Virus record (IMG/VR): IMGVR_UViG_3300028805_000067
Location: 32,001 to 96,000 of that record
Strand: one strand, 5' to 3'
Length of the DNA: 64,000 bases
DNA from: a virus
Taxonomy: Duplodnaviria > Caudoviricetes
Shown here in pieces: positions 58,881 through 64,000 of the stretch. Positions within the stretch are counted from its first letter, which is position 1. Each line of letters starts with the position of its first letter. A program made the translations under genes and the position numbers. The notes beneath the pieces are model-generated. The model made no database searches. It was not told the DNA's origin and was given only the letters and a program-made list of their open reading frames with translations.

Positions 58881-59459
58881 ATGTCAGATATAAAAACTGT
58901 AGAAATTATAAATAGAGCAACTCATTCAGTTGGTTATACAATACAAGATACTGGTGTACATAGAAGTTTTAATCCGGGTGAAGTAAAAAGATTGCCTTTA
59001 GATGAACTTAAACAATTAGCATGGACAACTGGTGGACAGCGTATTTTAGATAGATATTTAATTATTCCTGATGCCGCTGCAAGAGAAGAGATATTTGGTA
59101 CATCTGAGGTAGAGCCAGAGTATTATTACTCAAAAGAAGATGTAGAAAATATTGTAATGAATGGTACTTTAGAACAGCTTGAAGATTGTTTAACTTTTGG
59201 TTCAGATGGAGTTAAAAAATTAGTAATAGAAGTTGCTTTTGAGAATAAGTTACCAGATATAAATAAAAGAAAATTAATTTTGGAAAAAACCAGCTATAAT
59301 TTAGACAATATGATAAGATTAGATGAGGAAAATAATGAAGGCGCGGATGTCGCTGCTGATAAAGTTACAGCGCCAAAGAGAAAAGCTAGTGTTCCTGAAG
59401 TAAAAGGAAGAAAAGCTCCTACTCCTACTAATTATAAAATTGTAGCTGATAAAAAATAA
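58881..59459 (+). CDS. Head-associated hypothetical protein
   Basis: Synteny. Confidence 0.6.
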   Translation: MSDIKTVEIINRATHSVGYTIQDTGVHRSFNPGEVKRLPLDELKQLAWTTGGQRILDRYLIIPDAAAREEIFGTSEVEPEYYYSKEDVENIVMNGTLEQLEDCLTFGSDGVKKLVIEVAFENKLPDINKRKLILEKTSYNLDNMIRLDEENNEGADVAADKVTAPKRKASVPEVKGRKAPTPTNYKIVADKK

Positions 59460-59477
59460 ATATAAGGAGGTGCGACA

Positions 59478-59996
59478 ATGGCTGATATAATAACACCTAC
59501 GCCCTTCTCTGATGTATACAATATATTTTTATCAAAATGTACTGACGATATGTATATGGAATTAACCGAGGCCGATACAGAAAAAATGCTGAAAAAATTA
59601 TTGTTAAGCGCGCTGCATTGGTTCGAGTTCCCGCGTCAAGACATGACTGATTACGATATTGATTTAGAAATGTTCAATATAGAATTAACAAGAGAAGAAG
59701 CTAATATAATTGCTACTTATATGGTAGTAGAATGGCTTGGTCAACAATTAGCACATATTGATCTTGTTAGGGAAATGTATAGTGGTAGTGACTTTAAATT
59801 TACTTCACAGGCAAATCACATGGAAAAACTTAGATTACTGCGTGAGCAATATAAACAAGAAGGTTTCCATTTGCAAAGGTTGTATAAAAGACACAAAACG
59901 GTAAATAATAAAGTATATTCCACTATGATTTTATTATCCGAATACGGAATGGATAATTTACCAGATAATGATATATACGATATCCTTAGAGAATAG
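59478..59996 (+). CDS. Putative head-tail adaptor
   Basis: TPFSDVY..F..DFKFTSQAN; synteny. Confidence 0.55.
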   Translation: MADIITPTPFSDVYNIFLSKCTDDMYMELTEADTEKMLKKLLLSALHWFEFPRQDMTDYDIDLEMFNIELTREEANIIATYMVVEWLGQQLAHIDLVREMYSGSDFKFTSQANHMEKLRLLREQYKQEGFHLQRLYKRHKTVNNKVYSTMILLSEYGMDNLPDNDIYDILRE

Positions 59997-60303
59997 TAGC
60001 TCTATAGAGTTACAAATAACAGACCAAGCTAAAAGAAATTTTGATAGATTAAAAAATCAAATTTATAAATTGTTGCCAAATAGAGAAGAAGGCTTAGACT
60101 GGGCTAGGTCTTTAGATTCTATTATAGAAGAGTTTTGCGGGATGTATAAAATACTGCAATCGCAACAAGATATAATTTTTTCTATTATATGTAAGTTAGA
60201 AGGCTTATATACTTTAACAGAGTATGAACATTATGGCTTATTTAGAAAAACTATTTTTGAATGTTTAAGTCTTGTAACTCAATTGATAAACAATGTTGGA
60301 TAG
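59968..60303 (+). CDS. Hypothetical protein
   Basis: 111 aa in neck module. Confidence 0.65.
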   Translation: MIYTISLENSSSIELQITDQAKRNFDRLKNQIYKLLPNREEGLDWARSLDSIIEEFCGMYKILQSQQDIIFSIICKLEGLYTLTEYEHYGLFRKTIFECLSLVTQLINNVG

Positions 60304-61285
60304 AAGTGATTTAGCAGCACGATTAACCTATCATGGCGGGATTCAGCATGAACTCCGCATGCAAAATGGTAAAGAACGAGCATTAAGGCGAGCCTTAATT
60401 CATTCTTATCAAGGTTGTACTATTCAATTGGATGATGGTAGGGAATTTCGTGCATTGATGAACCCAGTTAAGAATAGTGAAGATAAAGATATTAAACAGT
60501 TATCAATCCCATATAAAGATATACAATTAAATGATATTCCACATGGTAAAACAATTGATGGTCGAGTTACTATTGGTATTAAGCCAGGTGATGTATTTGT
60601 TTGGAAAGAAACAAATACTCATTGGCTAGTTTTTCTTGAATTTATTGAAGAGGATGCTTATTTTAGGGCGCAAGTTATACGATGTGATCAATGGATTATG
60701 ATTGATGGTACAAAATATTGGTGTCATGTTCGCTCTGCTTTAGAGGCTACTTTAGATTGGAAAACACAAAATTCTATTATTAGAAATAATCCTAATTATC
60801 ATTTAATTATGTATATTACTCGGAATCAGCAAACAGATGATTATTTTCATAGATTTTCTAAAATAAAAGTCGGACAAGTGGAAAATACTTGGGAAGGCGG
60901 AGAACATTTTAAAAATTGGGAAATAATTAGTCGTAATCCTTATGCAGGGGATGGAGTATTAGCACTCTATCTTAAAGAAGATTATAGCAATACTATTGCA
61001 GAGGCTGAGGCGGATGCTCAACAACAAGTACCGCCGCCTCCAGAACAAGATATGAGTCTTCCATATATAGATGCTCCAAAAGAAGTAGAAATATATTCTA
61101 CTTTTACTGCTATTCTTCATAATGTATCTGATTTATCTGGCTCTTGGTCTATAAGTAATACTAAGGCAAAAATTGTAGAAAATTTAAATGATTCAGTGCA
61201 GATTAAAGTAGTTACAGGTAAATCAGGTACTTTTGATATAAAATATGGTGATTTAATACATACTGTTAAAATATTGCCAGCATAG
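60293..61285 (+). CDS. Putative head-closure/neck protein
   Basis: Synteny; beta-rich with Ig-like C-terminus. Confidence 0.5.
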   Translation: MLDRSDLAARLTYHGGIQHELRMQNGKERALRRALIHSYQGCTIQLDDGREFRALMNPVKNSEDKDIKQLSIPYKDIQLNDIPHGKTIDGRVTIGIKPGDVFVWKETNTHWLVFLEFIEEDAYFRAQVIRCDQWIMIDGTKYWCHVRSALEATLDWKTQNSIIRNNPNYHLIMYITRNQQTDDYFHRFSKIKVGQVENTWEGGEHFKNWEIISRNPYAGDGVLALYLKEDYSNTIAEAEADAQQQVPPPPEQDMSLPYIDAPKEVEIYSTFTAILHNVSDLSGSWSISNTKAKIVENLNDSVQIKVVTGKSGTFDIKYGDLIHTVKILPA

Positions 61286-61303
61286 AGTTAAAGGAGAGCA
61301 AAA

Positions 61304-61882
61304 ATGAGAAGGGATGCTTTTAAAGTATGTAAATCTTCTTTTCTTCTTTGTGAAAAGGATATAGAAAGAATACTGGCAAAATTATTTACAGAATCTAATC
61401 CTTATAGTGAAGATTTAATAAGATTGCTAGTAATTAATACTAAAGACTGTTTAGATAATAAAACAAGTGAAGTCTATAATCAAAAAATAAAAGAAATGAC
61501 ATTACCTAAATTATTAAAAGAAGGTTATGTTAAAATAGTTCCTAAAATGCTTATTCCAGAACATGAAGAAATTAAATCTTATATTATCATTTCATTTGAT
61601 AATTTTACACCTACTAGTAATCCACAGTTTAGAGATTGTGTAGTTCATTTTGATATTATATGTCATACCGATTATTGGGATTTAGGCGATTATCGTTTAA
61701 GACCATTTAAGATTGCAGGTATTATTGATGGGTTGCTAGATAACACTAAGTTAACAGGTATAGGTACTTTTCAGTTTTTAGGTTGTAATGAGTTAATTCT
61801 GAATGAAGAATTATCAGGCTACTCTTTAATGTTCGCCGCAGTACATGGTTCTGATGACTGGATACCAGATAAAGAACAATGA
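61304..61882 (+). CDS. Putative tail terminator
   Basis: FDIICH..RP..IDGLL..GIG; synteny. Confidence 0.5.
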   Translation: MRRDAFKVCKSSFLLCEKDIERILAKLFTESNPYSEDLIRLLVINTKDCLDNKTSEVYNQKIKEMTLPKLLKEGYVKIVPKMLIPEHEEIKSYIIISFDNFTPTSNPQFRDCVVHFDIICHTDYWDLGDYRLRPFKIAGIIDGLLDNTKLTGIGTFQFLGCNELILNEELSGYSLMFAAVHGSDDWIPDKEQ

Positions 61883-62628
61883 TAGATAAATTAATATTAC
61901 AGAGTGGCGCGGATGTTGCGTTTAATGAGGGGCGTTTAATGATACATCCGCCAAGCTTATATGAAATAGGTTTAATTGGTGGTGAAGTTGTTTTATGGGA
62001 AGCCTGTGATATAATAACAACTACTAAAAAAGATTTAATAGATGTGGACAAAAGTGTTTTAGATGAAATTTCTAATTTTGATATTATAATGTCAATGGTA
62101 AAAGATAAAAATATAAAGACAAGGCAAAAAATGATTAGTGTCTTTAAATTGTTTTCACTATTGTTTCCAAATAGAGAGGTTAAAATAGAAGATAAACAAA
62201 TTATATTTAAATCCACTCAAGGCCAAATTGATGGATTTTTAGATACTAATAATTTTGATTTGTTTCAAAAAATAATTACAGATATTTTTGATTTGAATAA
62301 AATTAGGGGTAAGAAAGATTATAACCCTGTTAATGATGCTGCTGCAAAAATAGCTGAAAAATTAAAAAAGGCTTCTATGCGAAAAGCAAAGCAACAAAGT
62401 AAAAATAATGTAACTATTTTTGATAGGTATATTTCAATCTTAGCTGTTGGGGAACATAAAAATCAAACTGATTTAGTTAAATTAACTATTTATCAACTTT
62501 ATGATGAATATGAGCGTTTTATGTTAAATCAAAATTATGATTATAATATTAGATGGAGAATGGCGGGTGCCACAGATATGGAAACTCCTTCAGACTGGCG
62601 CTCTGATATTCACACGGATGAAAGTTAA
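61879..62628 (+). CDS. Putative tail assembly protein
   Basis: YNPVND.A..IAEKL, LTIYQLYD; synteny. Confidence 0.5.
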   Translation: MIDKLILQSGADVAFNEGRLMIHPPSLYEIGLIGGEVVLWEACDIITTTKKDLIDVDKSVLDEISNFDIIMSMVKDKNIKTRQKMISVFKLFSLLFPNREVKIEDKQIIFKSTQGQIDGFLDTNNFDLFQKIITDIFDLNKIRGKKDYNPVNDAAAKIAEKLKKASMRKAKQQSKNNVTIFDRYISILAVGEHKNQTDLVKLTIYQLYDEYERFMLNQNYDYNIRWRMAGATDMETPSDWRSDIHTDES

Positions 62629-62651
62629 AATTTTTCAAGGAGGAAAAAGAT

Positions 62652-63701
62652 ATGGCTAATATTATAGCACAACGCTTTGGCGTTCGTGAAATTTGTAATG
62701 TAGTATTTAAAGCAAAAGCTCCTATGAAAATTGGTAATACCAGTTTTGTAAAAGGTCAGCCAGTACTTTATATTGATAGTGCTAAGACCTCTACACTTGA
62801 AGGAGCTGCTACTACTGTATACGCTACAGGTGGTCGTGGTAATACTAGACTTATTGCTTGGGAAGGTGAGAAAACTCTCACTTTCACAGTAGAAGATGCT
62901 CTGTTATCTCCTATTTCATTTGCAATGCTGTCTGGTGCTGGTTTGCTTGGTGGTTCAAGTACAACTGATTTAGTACATGTACATGTTACTTCTTACGCTG
63001 TTGTTTCTAAAACTACTAGTGGCGCTACTATTGACCTGAGTGATGCTCTTGCTGCTGCTGAATATATTTGTCCCGATGCTCCACTGTTCATTATGAAGAG
63101 TGCTGCAGATGGTGCTATTTATGGCGGTGTTATTGAAGCTGAAGAGCTTACTGGTGCAACTAAAGTGCTTACATTAACTTCTGATGCAGCTGCTTTAGTA
63201 TCTAATGGTGATACAGTATTTGTAGATTACTATATTGTAAAACCTGAGAAGAATGTAACTGAAATGCAGATTGATATGGAGCATTTTGGTGGTTACTACT
63301 ATGTAGAAGCTGATACTCTTTACAGATTCCAAGAGGATGGACAGGATTATCCTGCTATTATTACACTTCCTAATGTAAAGATTCAGTCCAACTTTACATT
63401 CTCTATGGCTGCTACTGGCGATCCTTCAACATTCACATTCACAATGGATGCTTTCCCTGGATACACTTATTTCAACAAGACCAGAAAAGTTCTCTGCGTA
63501 ATTCAGGTTGTTGATGCTGCTGGTGAAGTTGCAGATATTCAGTCTGTAATGCGTCATGGTGACGGTGTAAAGATTGCATCTCACGATGATTCAATTGGAA
63601 TGTTAGATTCACTTCCTAATGATTTCATTGATAGTTCTGATATGGCATCTACTGCTGCGCCTTATGTAAAGGCTGCTAACAGTAAAGATGATACTCAGTA
63701 A
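62652..63701 (+). CDS. Major tail tube protein
   Basis: FGVREI.NV, ATGGRGN, GDPSTFTFTMD; followed by terminator. Confidence 0.75.
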   Translation: MANIIAQRFGVREICNVVFKAKAPMKIGNTSFVKGQPVLYIDSAKTSTLEGAATTVYATGGRGNTRLIAWEGEKTLTFTVEDALLSPISFAMLSGAGLLGGSSTTDLVHVHVTSYAVVSKTTSGATIDLSDALAAAEYICPDAPLFIMKSAADGAIYGGVIEAEELTGATKVLTLTSDAAALVSNGDTVFVDYYIVKPEKNVTEMQIDMEHFGGYYYVEADTLYRFQEDGQDYPAIITLPNVKIQSNFTFSMAATGDPSTFTFTMDAFPGYTYFNKTRKVLCVIQVVDAAGEVADIQSVMRHGDGVKIASHDDSIGMLDSLPNDFIDSSDMASTAAPYVKAANSKDDTQ

Positions 63702-63713
63702 TAAGAATTGAAA

Positions 63714-63754
63714 GGTGGCGGAGGTAGCTTAAATGCTGCTTCCGCCATTTTTTG
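63714..63754 (+). terminator. Intrinsic terminator
   Basis: GTGGCGGAGGTAGC..GCTGCTTCCGCCAT followed by T-tract. Confidence 0.85.
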
Positions 63755-63771
63755 TATTTGGAGGTGAGTAA

Positions 63772-64000
63772 ATGAGTGCTATTGGTGATTATATTTATTA
63801 TACTTATCAAGATTATGTATCAGGAGCGGTTCCGCCAGAATCAGATTTTAAAAATGCATTAAGGCATGGTGATGCGACAAAAGCATTTAATCAAAAAATG
63901 CAAAGAGTACGATCTCATATGCAGACATTGGGTGATATAGAAACAGCTCAACAATTACAAAATTTGTATAATATGTATAGTGGTACGCAGTCTAGCAATA
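63772..64000 (+). CDS. Partial CDS running off the window
   Basis: GGAGGTG RBS; MSAIGDYIYY.. open to window end. Confidence 0.75.
   Translation, partial: MSAIGDYIYYTYQDYVSGAVPPESDFKNALRHGDATKAFNQKMQRVRSHMQTLGDIETAQQLQNLYNMYSGTQSSN

Overview
A 64-kb, AT-rich segment of a large tailed phage, probably a siphovirus of a Bacillota/Clostridia host (inferred from canonical sigmaA promoters and AGGAGG ribosome-binding sites). Layout: (1) 1-2.7 kb, a minus-strand tRNA/ncRNA cluster with 7 complete tRNAs, one half-tRNA, a ~490-nt ornate structured RNA and two circularly permuted tRNA-like modules; (2) 3-25 kb, minus-strand genes including Rnl2- and Rnl1-type RNA ligases, distal tail and fibre genes, a holin-like gene, a 3D-domain-like lysin gene split by an in-frame stop, a U32-like protein and a protein kinase-like gene; (3) 25.4-31.6 kb, plus-strand small genes ending in an iteron-flanked winged-helix Rep-like gene; (4) 33-49.3 kb, many tiny minus-strand genes with dense consensus promoters, resembling a host-takeover or terminal-repeat region; (5) 49.4-64 kb, terminase, portal, protease, capsid, neck and tail-tube genes. 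The strongest unexplained signal is in region 4: 14 dispersed GC-rich palindromes at gene-module boundaries. Thirteen are exactly 37 bp (CG-N9-C-N13-G-N9'-CG) and one is 36 bp. Arm sequences differ in every copy but stay self-complementary, so the structure is conserved and the sequence is not. The same region has a 30-bp TGCACAAA-N14-TTTGTGCA operator-like repeat and four D-arm-less mini-tRNA-like elements. All calls were made by eye; no database search or folding program was run.
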